In this document: positions 18,351-30,800 of the stretch, in pieces | How positions within the stretch are numbered: position 1 is the stretch's first letter | How the letters are laid out: each line of letters starts with the position of its first letter | Source of the DNA: a virus | Taxonomy: Duplodnaviria > Caudoviricetes | Strand: one strand, 5' to 3' | IMG/VR virus record: IMGVR_UViG_3300032038_000045 | Location: 25,174 to 89,173 of that record | DNA: 64,000 nt | Made by a program: the position numbers and the translations under genes | Notes under the pieces: generated by a model | What the model was told of the DNA's origin: nothing | Databases searched by the model: none | What the model saw: only the letters and a program-made list of their open reading frames with translations

Positions 18351-21170
18351 ATGAGATATGTAGATGTAATAAATAGACCTTATGTTCCTGCCGTTAATCT
18401 TGATGTTTTTACAAGAACTCTTGATACTCTTCAGCAAGGACATATTAAAGGTCTTGAACTTAAATCTCAACTCGATACTGCTATTGCTAATCTTGATATG
18501 AACTCCGCCGAAGATGAATTTAAAGCTAATTTAATAAACGGCATTCAAAATGAAGTAAATGCAAGTGCAGAAGATTGGGGTGGAAATATGTATTATGGAA
18601 TTGCTGATTTAATAAAGAAACAAGGTGATATTGCTAAAAATCCTGCTGTAATTGGTAGACTTAAAGCTCAACAAGAATATAAAAAATATCAAGCTCAAAT
18701 TGATGCTCGTCAAGATTTAAGTCAGGATGCTAAAGATTGGGCAAAAGAAAAGAATCCTTATAAATACCAAGATAAGTTTGATGAAAATGGAAAAGTAATT
18801 GGTGGTACTGAATGGACTCCTGATTTTACTCCTGTTGAAAGTAAAGATTTCAATGATATTTTTAAATTAGCTTTAACCTATGCTGCTAAAGAACACGGAG
18901 GAGGTTCAAGTGCTACTTTTGTAGATGCTGATGGAAATCCTACAAAAAATGTCACAGGAGCTATTGCCGTATTGAGTACAACTACTGGTAAATGGGAGCG
19001 TCTTAGCAAAGAAAAAATAGATGCAGCTATTCAAGCTGCTATGAATGCTAATCCTCAATATGAAGCTTCTTTAAAACAAGACTATGAAGTTCTTAAATGG
19101 AAATGGGATAAAGGAGATGAAAATACTTCCTTAAAAGACCCCATTACAGGTCTTCAAAAAAATTATTCTCAATATAAAAGAGATATAATTGACCCGTTTA
19201 TTAGAGCTGCAAGTTATTATAATAGTACTTCTTCTACAAGTTATAATAGTAGTGTACTTGGTGCAGTTGAGGCTGCTCGACAAGCAAGAAGTGGTAAAAG
19301 TGGAAATGGTGGTTCTCAATATGGAGACCCCACTGGACTTCTTCCTTCTGGAGCAGGTTATAATGCTACTATTACTGATGATACTAAGAGTAAGAGTTTT
19401 GTTACTGTAGGAGTAAGTAAGAACAGAGTAAAAGATTATATAAATAAAGTTTCTGATGGAAAGAACATAAATCTTACAGATTTAGATATTCTTGATAGAG
19501 ATTCTTTGAGAACAAGATTAACTTCTGCTGGTTTTAATGATAGTCAAATATCTGATATTTTAAATTATGCTACAAAAGAATATGCTGAAAATAAAGAAGC
19601 TTATGATTTATATGATAGTATAATGAGTGATGGCTCTAAAGCATCTGCTGGACAAATAATGAGATATGTTATAAATAACGGTTTGGTTCTTGATGAAGAT
19701 GAATTGAGTCGTAATTCATATCTTAGAGGATTATATGATGATTATCAAAAGATTGTTAATAATAGATTTTTAGGTGCTGAAAATTATTCTTTTGCAACTA
19801 AGAATAAACAATTATTTGATAATGTTATATCTTCGCTCGGTGTATCTGAAGATGCAATTAGAGAATTAGGATACAATATCGGCAAAGATGGAAATAGATA
19901 TACTATTAGTATTAATAGAGACCATTCTAATTTAATTGGTCAGCTTGAAGGAGCTGTACAAAATGGATATAATTCTTCTTCGAGAGGATATAAATTTAGA
20001 CAACATTTTGCTCGCGCAGTTGGTTCAGGTGATGGCTTCTATGCTTATAACGATGGTGGTAAAAAAGTTTATGCTCAAACTTCCGGTGCAATATCTGAAA
20101 TGGTTTCGAGAGTAAGAGATTTCTTTGATGGTGACATTAATGGATATTATGCGTTAAATCAAGCTAATGTTCAAAATTACAATCAAGGCTCTGAAGAAGC
20201 TGCAAGAACTGTAGCTGGAAATATAGTAAACGCTATTCCAACATTTGTTAGAGAAAATACAAGAATTAGTGGTCTTGCCGGTAATCAAAGTCCTGCTCAA
20301 TATGTAGCTGAAGGCATTGGTATATTGAACGATAGAATGCAGAGAATTGGTGCTCGTAATTTAGCTGATGATGAAAAGGTTATTTCTACTCAAAATTATA
20401 GTGGCATAAGTCCAAGACAAAACTCTGCTTATGAAAATATGCTTAATGCTAAAAGTACTGAACAATATAACTATTGGAAACATATTTATGATGCTGAGAA
20501 TTTAACTATTGACAATTTATTAAATTCTGGTTCTGCTCTAAATACTAATGTTTATAGAATGACTGATGATGGAAATAGAACAAGATTAGATTCTTCTGAA
20601 AAACTTATGCTAAATAAGTTAATAAATGATGAAAAGATAAAGAGAAGCTACAGTATGAATTACAATCCCTATACGGGGGAAGTTACTCCTCAAATTACAT
20701 TAAATATGCCTAATGGATATATTAATCCATTTACTCAAGATGATTCTCCTATTATTTTCACTTCAGATGTTCTAATCAATGATAGAGCTTTACGACAATT
20801 AAATAGGTCTGAAGAATATAAAATATCTTCTCAGCTTTATAGAAATGATTTAAATAATATTAATACTACTATTGGATATTATATTGATGGTGATGGTAAT
20901 CATAACTATGAGCTTACTCCTTCATTTAAATATAATGGTGAATCTTATAGAATGATTATAAATGAAAATGATACTGCATTAGCTATTGTTTCTGAAATTC
21001 AAGCTCAAAATATATTAATGCAATTTAATAATATTAAACAAGAATCTAAAAAACAATATACAGATAAAGAAAAAGAAAACTTTAGAAATACTCTTAAAAA
21101 TAATAAATCACTATTAGAAATTTTTGGTGAAGATGTTTTAACCAAAATGGCGTCTACATATTTTAGCTAA
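18351..21170 (+). CDS. cargo protein, first subunit of the crAss virion RNAP locus
   Basis: 939 aa; first of three consecutive giant genes characteristic of Crassvirales. Confidence 0.7.
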   Translation: MRYVDVINRPYVPAVNLDVFTRTLDTLQQGHIKGLELKSQLDTAIANLDMNSAEDEFKANLINGIQNEVNASAEDWGGNMYYGIADLIKKQGDIAKNPAVIGRLKAQQEYKKYQAQIDARQDLSQDAKDWAKEKNPYKYQDKFDENGKVIGGTEWTPDFTPVESKDFNDIFKLALTYAAKEHGGGSSATFVDADGNPTKNVTGAIAVLSTTTGKWERLSKEKIDAAIQAAMNANPQYEASLKQDYEVLKWKWDKGDENTSLKDPITGLQKNYSQYKRDIIDPFIRAASYYNSTSSTSYNSSVLGAVEAARQARSGKSGNGGSQYGDPTGLLPSGAGYNATITDDTKSKSFVTVGVSKNRVKDYINKVSDGKNINLTDLDILDRDSLRTRLTSAGFNDSQISDILNYATKEYAENKEAYDLYDSIMSDGSKASAGQIMRYVINNGLVLDEDELSRNSYLRGLYDDYQKIVNNRFLGAENYSFATKNKQLFDNVISSLGVSEDAIRELGYNIGKDGNRYTISINRDHSNLIGQLEGAVQNGYNSSSRGYKFRQHFARAVGSGDGFYAYNDGGKKVYAQTSGAISEMVSRVRDFFDGDINGYYALNQANVQNYNQGSEEAARTVAGNIVNAIPTFVRENTRISGLAGNQSPAQYVAEGIGILNDRMQRIGARNLADDEKVISTQNYSGISPRQNSAYENMLNAKSTEQYNYWKHIYDAENLTIDNLLNSGSALNTNVYRMTDDGNRTRLDSSEKLMLNKLINDEKIKRSYSMNYNPYTGEVTPQITLNMPNGYINPFTQDDSPIIFTSDVLINDRALRQLNRSEEYKISSQLYRNDLNNINTTIGYYIDGDGNHNYELTPSFKYNGESYRMIINENDTALAIVSEIQAQNILMQFNNIKQESKKQYTDKEKENFRNTLKNNKSLLEIFGEDVLTKMASTYFS

Positions 21171-21179
21171 AACAAAATT

Positions 21180-24100
21180 ATGACTCCTGAAGAAAGACAA
21201 GAACATTTGCATCATGTAACAAGCATTCTTGGTGCTGACGTTAATTCGTCAGCACCTTTAACTGTTTCTTACAGTGATGGTAGAACCGATGAATTGGTTT
21301 CAAATACGTTAAGACAAGCTGGTGTAGTTGGTAATACAGAAGCTTTTTCTATAAATAAAGATTTATATGATAAATATGCTAAATATGGAATAATTCCAAA
21401 TGCTGCTGCGAGTCAAGAAGATTTAGATAGAGAACGTGCTGAAAAACAATCTGCTATAAATCAATTTGGTAACATGCTTGGTCAAGCAGTTGTTAATGAA
21501 GTTTTACTTGGAACTATAAGAGGTTTTTCTGATATATTTGATGCTGCATATAGTATAGCCAAAAATGACGATAATGATTATACAAATGCTGTATCTACTC
21601 AAATAGAAGATTGGCAAAACTATATTAGAGATGAAGTTCTTCCTATATATCAAAGAGAAAATGATGGTGGCTTTCATATTAATGATTTTGGTTGGTGGAT
21701 GAATGGTGCAGTTAGTACGGCCACTACTCTTTCTCTTATGTTACCTGGTCTTGGAATAAGTAAAGGTGTTTCTTTATTAGGTAAAGTTGGTAATGTAGGT
21801 TCTAAGGTTGGAAAACTTGGTTATAAAATTACTAAAGCTGGAGCCAAATTAGTAGGTGCTGAAGCTAAAGCTGGTATGGCTTTTGAAACTTTAAAAGGAG
21901 GTCTTGAAATAGGTGGTATGGCATTTATATCCCGTACTGCTGAAAACTATCAAGAAGCAAGAGAAACTTATAATACTGTTTTAGAAAAAACTAAAGACAA
22001 ACTTTCTTCAATGAAAGATGAAGAAAGAGAAAAGTTTCTTAAAATAAATCCTGAATTTGCAGATTTAAGCGATGATGAAATAGCTGAAGCTATTGCAAGT
22101 AATTCTGCTGGAAAAACTTTCCTTAATGATTATTGGATGCTCTTAATGGATATACCTCAATTTAAAACTCTTTCCTCTATTTGGAAAGGTGCTGGTATAG
22201 CTAATAAAGCAACAACAAGAGGTATAAGAAAAGCTAATGCTGAAGCTATAAATAGATTAGTTGGAAAAGGATTGAGCGAAGAAGCTGCTACTGAAGTTTC
22301 TAAAACATTTGCTCAAAGATTAGGTTCTGCTTTTAGTATTGAGAATTTAGGTAAAACTGCTAAAAATGTTTGGACAGGTACAGAAGGCTTAATGCTTAGT
22401 GAAGGTATTGAAGAAGGTTTTCAAGGCATTCAATCTCAGAGAGGAGAAGAATATGGAGAACTTTATTTTAATCCTCATCTCCAAAGAAAGACTCTCGGTC
22501 AATATCTTAATGATGAAACTATATGGGAGCAAGCTTTCTGGGGAGTAATGGGTGGTTTACTTTTCCAAGGTGGTGCTAAAGCTTTTAGAAGACTTGAAGA
22601 TAAAGCTCGTGCTAAAATAAAGTCTAAAGACTTATCTGAAATAGATATTAAAGCTTTACAGCTTGGTGAGGATAAATCTCGTATTGCTGAAATATATGGT
22701 CGTTTTGATAAAATGGATGACTATAAGGAAAAGATGGGTTTGATTAATAATGGTAAGAATCCTTATAGTGTTAAAAAAGATTCAAAAGGTCAAGATGTCT
22801 TAGTTGATGGTAAACGTCAATACGATGATATTCAATCTACTGAAGAAGTAGAACAACTTAAAACTTTAGCAACAAAAGATTTCCTCACAAATCTTGTTAT
22901 AAGTGCTGCCAATAATGGTAACTATGATTTGCTTAAAGAGTTTGTTTCTAATAAAGAGTTTGCTCAGTATTTTAAAGATAGTGGAGTTAACACTGATGAA
23001 CTTCTTGAAAGTCAATTAATTTCTAAGATGGATGATATTTATAATAAATATCAAACTGCTTATTATGAAACTATTGATAATACAGATGCTTATAATGAGC
23101 ATATAACTCGCCTTGTAGCTTCTGAAATTGCAAGAGATGAATTAACATTAGAAGAAGTTCAAGATAGAATAGATGATTTAAATGCTCAAATAGCAGATAG
23201 AGAACTTTCTAATCAATCTCATTATGAGCAAATAGCTAAACAAAGAGTTATACATCAAAAACTTGAAGCTATTGATGCTGCTATTAATAAGATTAATGAG
23301 AAGAAAAATGATAGAAATACATTCTATTCTAAACAAGCTTTTGATAAAGAATATAAAGATTTACAAAGACAAAAGGATTATTTGTATAGAGAATTAGAAC
23401 GTACTAATTCTAATTTTAATTATTCTGGAGTCTTATCTGAGAGTCTCGAAGATACTTTACAAGCTGCATCTGAACTTTATAATAGTTTCGTATTAGATAA
23501 TACTGATACTACAGCATTTGAAAATCTTTCTCAAACTACTCAAAGAAATCTTTATTCTAAAGCTGCTTATGAAGTTTTTAGAGATGAACTTCAAAGAGAC
23601 CTTCCTAATTCAGATAATCTTAAGCAATATTATACTGATAAGTATGATGAGAAACTTGCTATGTTCATAGATATAGCTAATTCTAAGTTTGCTCACGCTT
23701 ATGATAAAGTTTATAATTATATTAAACGCTCTGATAATCCTTATGAGGCAATTCAACATCTTTTAAAAGATGATATTGTTGCTGAAGATGGTTATAGTGC
23801 AAGGGAAATATCTCAACTTAATGATGCTTTAGATGTTCTTAGATTTGGCTCTCAAGATAGAGAAGCTTTTAACAATGCTCTAATGTTTATGGTTGTTGGT
23901 GAACAAGGTAAACGTAAAAGAGAACAACAAGAGTCTGAAGAAGTTAAAGTTGAAGATAAAAAAGTTAATCCTGCTGTAGCTGAAAAAGTAACAGGTATAA
24001 AGCCGGAAGAAGCTCCATCTCCTTCTACAGGGCAACAAGGAGTTAATCCTGAATCCCCCGTAAGGGAAGATAGCACTACCGAGAGGCTTGACGATACTGG

Positions 24101-27100
24101 TCTTAGTCTTTTTGATGAAGAAGGTGAACTTCCTCAGAGAATAACTGAAGAAGAAAAGAAGATTATTGATGATTTTCAACAAGAGCGATTACTTACTAAT
24201 GGTGATGATATTCCTTTCATTACTTCTTATAATGCAGTTGAAGAAATAATTAAAACTCATAAAACTCTTTGGCAGAACACTGTTAAAGATGGAGTTGGAA
24301 GTAAAGCTTATACAGAATTTATAGAATTAGTTAAAGATTATATGATTGTTAATCTTAATAATTCTAAAGCTGTAGCTGATAAATATGCTGAACTTGGCTT
24401 AAGATTGTTTGTCGATAGAATCAGTAATGCTGGTAAAAATGCTTCTACTCCTCAAGGTAAAAAACTTAAAGAGTTTTTCAATGCTATAACTGAAGCTTTA
24501 GGTTTTAATTCTGAAACTGGTGATAGTAGGTATGAAGGTTTATCTGAAGAAGAAGCTCAGAGTAAGAAAGATGAATCTATTAGAAATGTCTTTGAACAAT
24601 TTATAAAATATTCTGGAGTTAAACATTCTATTGTTGATGGTAGAAAAGTTATAGATGTTGCAGATTTATTCTTAGAAATGTCTAAAACTTTTGATGACAA
24701 TAATAGAGATTATATATCTATTTTATATCTTTATAATGATATTTCTAATTTCATAAATGGATATAGAGGAACAGAATATTTATTCTTAAATAGAGGTCTT
24801 CTTTCTTTGAAGCATGAAGAATTTATAGATGCTCTTAATAAAAAGAGAACTGAAGTAAAAACTGTTTCTCCTTTTATGCACTTTAGTTCTACTTTAAATA
24901 GTAAAACTAATTCTTCAATGCAAGGTTTAAATGATGCTACTAAAATTAAAATTCTTCAACAAGCAAGAGACAAAGGTGTTACATTAAGTATAACTCGTAC
25001 ATCTAAAGGAGACCCTGTTTCTATAGCTTTCAATGTTAAATATAATGGTAAAACTTATGAATTGGGTATGTTGTCTCTTGTTGAAGGTAGTAAAGATAAT
25101 AATACTTTAACAAGTAAATACCAAGGTTTAGATATAAGTTTAACTAAGAATAATGATGGTTCTATATCCTCTTCTGAAGATTATTTATTTGATGGTATAT
25201 TAAACAATTCTGAATTATATAACTATATTGCTTCTTGGTTTAGTACTGAAAAAGCTCATTTGTTTAATGGTAATACTTCTCAATCTGCTCTCCTTGCTTT
25301 ACAAAAAATTCAATTTAATAGTAAACTTGATATTTTATCAAATCCTACTATTAAAAGATATATTGATGAACATGATTTAGAAAATCAATATAAAAAATCT
25401 AATTCTAAAAAGTCTTTTAAAGACTATGTTTTAGGAAAGATTACAGATATTGTTTTCTATGATATGTATTCTAAAGATACTACTCCTGGAGCTGTAGATA
25501 GTAAATTGAGTAATTTAATTACTAAATTTGGTATTAGAGAAAGCATAGAAAGATTCAAAGAAAAACAGTATGATAATTTCTCTCAAACTAAAGCTCTTTA
25601 TGATAAATTAGAATCTGGTGAAGAAGTAAATGCTGTATATAAGAGTGATGATGTTGGAAGTATAAGATATGATAGAACAAGAACTAAGAGTACTAATAGA
25701 CTTGGTATTGCCAATGAAACCGAACAACATCCTATAATCTATTATGATGGAAGTAAAGGTATTGATGAAAATGGTAAAATATATGCCAATATACCAGGTC
25801 TTTCTATTGGTACTATAGGTATTGTAATGGGTGAAAATCAAGGAGAATATTATATAAACGAAAATGGTGAAAAAGTTAATTCTCCTGGTGCTAATTTAGC
25901 TCTTATAACTGGAGGTAATAAAATACTTTCCAACAACAATAAATTAAATAGAGAACTTTATGATGCCCTTAAGGGTGAAATGAATTCTATAATAAATGAT
26001 TATTATGATGTTATACAAAACAATAATGCTACTTTAGCTCAAAAGAATGCAGCTTATGAAAGATTGTATAATAGATTAAATGATTTATTTGGTAATTCTG
26101 AAAATAAATTATTCTCTAATTTTATTGTTGGTAAAGGTAAAGATGTTATAGGAATTTCTACTTACATTGATGGTCAATATATTCCAGTTCTTAAAGTTTT
26201 CAAATATAAATCTTTGACTTTTGATAATGGAGTTAGAAGAAGAAATGGAAGAATAGTTGAAGGTGAAGAACTTAATCAATATTTTGGTGGAGGTTTTGCT
26301 ATAACTGTTCCTGGTGGAACTCATTATAATCAATTTAGTAATAAGAGTGAAGCTCAACAAAAGAGAATTGGAGAATTAATTGATTATATAGCTGATAATG
26401 TTGAATTTAATACAACAAGATTTGCTGTAACTAATGCAAATAATCAAAATACTCAAACTTCTCACATTAAGAAAGTTGATGGTAATATTGAAATAGAAGT
26501 TGGTTCTTTTAAACATCAATTTGACAATTTTGCTCAAGCTGTAGTTAGACTTAATATGTTTAATACAAGTCAAATTGGTACTTCTAATAGACGATATGAT
26601 TATGTTGATAAATATGGTAATCCTAAACTTCCTAAGAGTTTCTTCTTACAAATAAACGATACTGTAGCTCCTATTTCAGAACAAGAAAAAGAAGAACAAC
26701 TTGGTCTTAAAGGTTGGATTGATAGAAACAATATAGAGGAAAATGAAGAAGTAGTTTTTGAAGATGTTCTTTATGCTTCTGGTTTTAATAGTGATGTAGT
26801 TGAATCTATCAAAGATTTTAATGATTTCCTTGAAAAGAATAGTTATCCATTATTTATTAAACCTATAGTATTACTTAATGGTAATCTTAGTAGAGAAGAA
26901 AATGGTGTAACATATGAACCATTTGGTAGATATGACGGAAAGAATATTCTTCTTGGTAGAAAAGCTGCAACTTTAAAACAAAAAGAAAGTATACTTCGTA
27001 TTCTCGTTCACGAGAATATTCACAGAGTTGTAGATGAAACTAAATTCTTTGATGGAGAAGTTGGTCAAAACAGAATTAATGAAATAAATGATATATTTGA

Positions 27101-27734
27101 TATTTTCTATGATGAATTATCAAGAGATAAAACTTCTGATAGAAATGTAAAAAGACTTAAAGAAAAGTTTAAACAATTCAAGAGTGATTATAAAGACAAA
27201 GCTGTTATTGCTAATGAATTTATGGCTGAAGTAATGTCTGATGCTGGTCTTAGAAATTATATGAATACTATTGAGATTGAAATTGAGCAAAATAAAGGTC
27301 AATCCCTTCTTCAAAGAATATTTGATTTCATAGCTAAACTGTTTGGTATAGATGTAAAAGATAATAGCTTACTTTCTCAGTTTAGAAATGCTCTTAGAGA
27401 TATAGACGCATCTGCTTCTACTGAAAGTATTAAAGAACAACCTGAAAATCCTAACTCCCCCGTAGAGGGAGATGCACAGTCTGGTGACGATACTGATTTT
27501 GGAGATATGACTAATGAAATAGGTCTTGAAGATATAGAATTTGATTCTCGTTATGAAGGTCTTACTTCTGAAGAAATAGTTATGGAAAGTTTAGATGAAG
27601 ATAAAACTGATAACATTTTCGGTGTCAATATGGCTAACGATATGCAGACGTATTTGCAGCAGTTACCAAGTAGTCAAAGACCTGAGATGGCCTCTGCGAT
27701 TGACTCTAATGAATTGAACTATCTTTGTCGATAA
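21180..27734 (+). CDS. giant cargo protein with zincin metallopeptidase motif (virion RNAP locus)
   Basis: 2184 aa; HENIH (HExxH) at 27009-27023 with downstream NEFMAE; Gly-rich N-terminal helices. Confidence 0.75.
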   Translation: MTPEERQEHLHHVTSILGADVNSSAPLTVSYSDGRTDELVSNTLRQAGVVGNTEAFSINKDLYDKYAKYGIIPNAAASQEDLDRERAEKQSAINQFGNMLGQAVVNEVLLGTIRGFSDIFDAAYSIAKNDDNDYTNAVSTQIEDWQNYIRDEVLPIYQRENDGGFHINDFGWWMNGAVSTATTLSLMLPGLGISKGVSLLGKVGNVGSKVGKLGYKITKAGAKLVGAEAKAGMAFETLKGGLEIGGMAFISRTAENYQEARETYNTVLEKTKDKLSSMKDEEREKFLKINPEFADLSDDEIAEAIASNSAGKTFLNDYWMLLMDIPQFKTLSSIWKGAGIANKATTRGIRKANAEAINRLVGKGLSEEAATEVSKTFAQRLGSAFSIENLGKTAKNVWTGTEGLMLSEGIEEGFQGIQSQRGEEYGELYFNPHLQRKTLGQYLNDETIWEQAFWGVMGGLLFQGGAKAFRRLEDKARAKIKSKDLSEIDIKALQLGEDKSRIAEIYGRFDKMDDYKEKMGLINNGKNPYSVKKDSKGQDVLVDGKRQYDDIQSTEEVEQLKTLATKDFLTNLVISAANNGNYDLLKEFVSNKEFAQYFKDSGVNTDELLESQLISKMDDIYNKYQTAYYETIDNTDAYNEHITRLVASEIARDELTLEEVQDRIDDLNAQIADRELSNQSHYEQIAKQRVIHQKLEAIDAAINKINEKKNDRNTFYSKQAFDKEYKDLQRQKDYLYRELERTNSNFNYSGVLSESLEDTLQAASELYNSFVLDNTDTTAFENLSQTTQRNLYSKAAYEVFRDELQRDLPNSDNLKQYYTDKYDEKLAMFIDIANSKFAHAYDKVYNYIKRSDNPYEAIQHLLKDDIVAEDGYSAREISQLNDALDVLRFGSQDREAFNNALMFMVVGEQGKRKREQQESEEVKVEDKKVNPAVAEKVTGIKPEEAPSPSTGQQGVNPESPVREDSTTERLDDTGLSLFDEEGELPQRITEEEKKIIDDFQQERLLTNGDDIPFITSYNAVEEIIKTHKTLWQNTVKDGVGSKAYTEFIELVKDYMIVNLNNSKAVADKYAELGLRLFVDRISNAGKNASTPQGKKLKEFFNAITEALGFNSETGDSRYEGLSEEEAQSKKDESIRNVFEQFIKYSGVKHSIVDGRKVIDVADLFLEMSKTFDDNNRDYISILYLYNDISNFINGYRGTEYLFLNRGLLSLKHEEFIDALNKKRTEVKTVSPFMHFSSTLNSKTNSSMQGLNDATKIKILQQARDKGVTLSITRTSKGDPVSIAFNVKYNGKTYELGMLSLVEGSKDNNTLTSKYQGLDISLTKNNDGSISSSEDYLFDGILNNSELYNYIASWFSTEKAHLFNGNTSQSALLALQKIQFNSKLDILSNPTIKRYIDEHDLENQYKKSNSKKSFKDYVLGKITDIVFYDMYSKDTTPGAVDSKLSNLITKFGIRESIERFKEKQYDNFSQTKALYDKLESGEEVNAVYKSDDVGSIRYDRTRTKSTNRLGIANETEQHPIIYYDGSKGIDENGKIYANIPGLSIGTIGIVMGENQGEYYINENGEKVNSPGANLALITGGNKILSNNNKLNRELYDALKGEMNSIINDYYDVIQNNNATLAQKNAAYERLYNRLNDLFGNSENKLFSNFIVGKGKDVIGISTYIDGQYIPVLKVFKYKSLTFDNGVRRRNGRIVEGEELNQYFGGGFAITVPGGTHYNQFSNKSEAQQKRIGELIDYIADNVEFNTTRFAVTNANNQNTQTSHIKKVDGNIEIEVGSFKHQFDNFAQAVVRLNMFNTSQIGTSNRRYDYVDKYGNPKLPKSFFLQINDTVAPISEQEKEEQLGLKGWIDRNNIEENEEVVFEDVLYASGFNSDVVESIKDFNDFLEKNSYPLFIKPIVLLNGNLSREENGVTYEPFGRYDGKNILLGRKAATLKQKESILRILVHENIHRVVDETKFFDGEVGQNRINEINDIFDIFYDELSRDKTSDRNVKRLKEKFKQFKSDYKDKAVIANEFMAEVMSDAGLRNYMNTIEIEIEQNKGQSLLQRIFDFIAKLFGIDVKDNSLLSQFRNALRDIDASASTESIKEQPENPNSPVEGDAQSGDDTDFGDMTNEIGLEDIEFDSRYEGLTSEEIVMESLDEDKTDNIFGVNMANDMQTYLQQLPSSQRPEMASAIDSNELNYLCR

Positions 27735-27808
27735 CTTCTTCATCTTTTAAAATTAAGTCCATTATAGGGGCTGAAAACGCCCCTATTTTGGAAAATATTA
27801 GCAAATTT
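27685..27808 (+). repeat. ~120-bp element, copy F, overlapping the 3' end of the 2184-aa gene
   Basis: AATGAATTGAA shared with C, GATAACTT.TT.ATCTTT shared with E, TAGGGGCT shared with D, AAAATATTAGCAAAT shared with A and B. Confidence 0.75.
27764..27789 (+). terminator. intrinsic terminator-like hairpin
   Basis: ATAGGGGC-tgaaaac-GCCCCTAT followed by TTT, between the two largest genes. Confidence 0.5.
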
Positions 27809-27863
27809 AATTAATGCAATATAGAGTGTTTATATTGCTAAAACTTATAAACATTTAATCAAT

Positions 27864-30800
27864 ATGGCTTGTAATATTTGGGGCATTAGAATCAAAGATG
27901 ACCAAAATGATAGAATAGCTAAATTTATAGCTGGAACTTTTATTTCCAGGAATGATAGATTAGCTGTAGCTAAAGCGTATAATGATGGACGTATTTATAA
28001 ATATGCTTATAGAAAGCACATAGTTTCTACTAAAGAGGAGTTTGATAAAATGAATGGAAATTCATTTAAAAAACTTCTTAGAGATTATGCTAATGAAAAT
28101 ATTCCATCTATTTTGAGAAGTGCTGCACTTACTCAAAATGATACAAGAGGTGGATGGACGAGTAGTATAGCTAAGGAACACGCTGTTAGATACACAGATG
28201 ATATTCTGAAGACTATTTATTTTAATAATTTAGTCACAAATCAAGATGTAACTAAGAGCAAATTACTTAACAGTGTTAGAAATACTATAATTAAAAAATA
28301 TTTACGTAGAGTTTCTATTTGGTTTAACAATGAAAATGCTAATGGAAGATTCACTGAAGAATATAAGAAATATAAGGAACTTTGGGATGAATATAGAAAG
28401 AATAAAAATTCTAAAAATTTAGGTGATTTGTTTACATATATTCAGAATACTATTAAAAATAGTGGAACTGAATATATTACAATGATTAACTATTCTGAAC
28501 TTGCTCAGCATGTTTTTAGTGTTGGTGTAGCTAAAGAATGGTTTGCTACTTGTTTACAACATCCCTCCATTAAAGAACTTGCTCGTAAATTTGAAACAAC
28601 TAAACTTGAAAAACTTGATGCTGGTGATATAGCATCTAATGATGAACAAGATAGTTCTGTTGATGGAACCGATGAGGATACTCATGATAGAGATGAAATG
28701 GCTGCATCTTGGGATAATAGTATCCTTGGAGATTATGCTAAAAACTATAATGGTAGACTCAAATTATATCTTTCTACTCTTGCTCAAAGAACTGCTCCTA
28801 TTATAGGTAATAGCGATGCTAATTATCTTACTGATGATGAACTTGGAGTTGTACAATATATGGATGTCAACTATGTACAAACTCAAATTCAAGCTCTTGG
28901 TCCTTTTGCAGGTGTTGAAGATTTCATTAATAAATTAGAGAAGAAAGCCCTTAGCATATCATCCCTTTACGGGGTAGGAAAATTAGTCAATGATATGCGT
29001 AAGGATGCTGTGTTTGCTAATTTCGTTTATACTCAATTTGCAAAACCTATTTTAAATGCAGTCTCTGTTCAAGTTACATCTGATAATGCAAATGTTGCTT
29101 TATCTAATGATGAAGCTTTTGCCGCTACAAAAGTTATATATACTTTACAAGCTGATGCTAATCAAATAGGTAGGGGAGAGTTTAGAGATGATGATATTGC
29201 TTCTTTAAATAAAGCTTTAGAAAATGTTCAAAAACTTAATAATTCAACTCTCTTACAATACGATGGCGAAATACGCAATAAAGTAAAAGATACTGTTGTA
29301 GATTATATAAGTAGACATTTTCCTTCCCTCAATAGAGAAAATATAATTAATTGGTTCTTTGATAATCCTAATACGGCAAATGTTGCTCAGTTAAGAAATT
29401 TAGTTGAAGCTTTAATAAATTATAATTCTGGTTTAAAGAAAGCTTTAAATAATGAAAATGAATATAGAGCTAAATATTATAAAGCCAGAAGAGAATATAA
29501 TGAATATATTAAGGGTAAAAGTGAAAATGAAATATTTAGAGATAGACCTGAATGGAATGAAGAAAGTATAAATAAGAAAGCAAGAAATTCTGCTATTAAT
29601 GCTTTATCTAAAATTCTGTTAGAAGCTTCTGATGCTTCCATTAGACTTAATTCCTTTAATGCTGAAGGTAAAATGAGGTCTAATGTTGGTAAATCTTCTT
29701 ATATAACTGATTTTGCTAAACAACTTAAACTTCAGTTTGAAAATGGTAAAGATGGTAGAGAAGTAATTAAAGACTTCTTTACTAAAAAGAAATATGATAT
29801 AACCGATGTTGAAACAAATATGTTCTTGTTTGGTTTAAAAGATAGGAACGGTAATATTATTCAACATGGTTTAATTAGAAAAGATAAAGCCGGAAATTAT
29901 GTTATAGATGAAGATTCTTCATTATATAAACAGTTCGATATAGCTTTATTTGATGGTATCAAGAATACTCAAAGTAAAGATGGTGTTGTTTATTCTAATA
30001 TGAGTAAAGAAGATTATCTTTTATCTTCTTTGTTAACTTTTGATGCTAAAATTAGATTTGATGGACTTGATGATTCTGCTATAGTTAATTCTGGAAATTA
30101 TTTAATGCGTATTCCTTCTGATGCATCTAATACCTATATGATTCAAATGCCTCGTATACCATTAAATGATTTATATAGTTACGAGAATGAAGAATTAGTT
30201 AGAGATAGGCAGAATGAAATAAAGAATAGAGTTCAAGAATATTTTCCAAATCATTTAGACCAAAGTGAAAATGTTCCAGAATCTATTCTTCCTTATTGGA
30301 GAAATGTTGTCAATAGTACGACTAATGACAATAATAGTTTCAATAAAGAAAATTCTTTAAATAATCATAAAGATATATTATTAAACTTGTTTATAACAGG
30401 TAAAATTGATAAACTTAATTTCTCCAATTTAAATAAAAGATTTGATAGTAAAACTAAACAAGTTTATATTCCTTTAACTTATTTTGACGAATCATCTAAA
30501 TTTATGATTCTTGTCAAAGGTGATACTAATGAAAATAATAATGTTGCTACAAATCTTGAAATAGTAGCTATAAGGAGTATTGATAAATATATTCCTGATG
30601 AAGATAATGGATTGGGACAATCTTTTACTTTATCTTTGTTAAGTGATGATACTTCTTATACTCAGACTAAATCGGTTAGAAATCAAGTATTTTCTTTTAT
30701 AGATAATTCTTCTATTGCTATACGAGATTATTTATATGAAAGAGGTGAGATAAAAAGAAGTTTTAATAAAAACTCTAAAATATTCTTATCTTACAGAAAT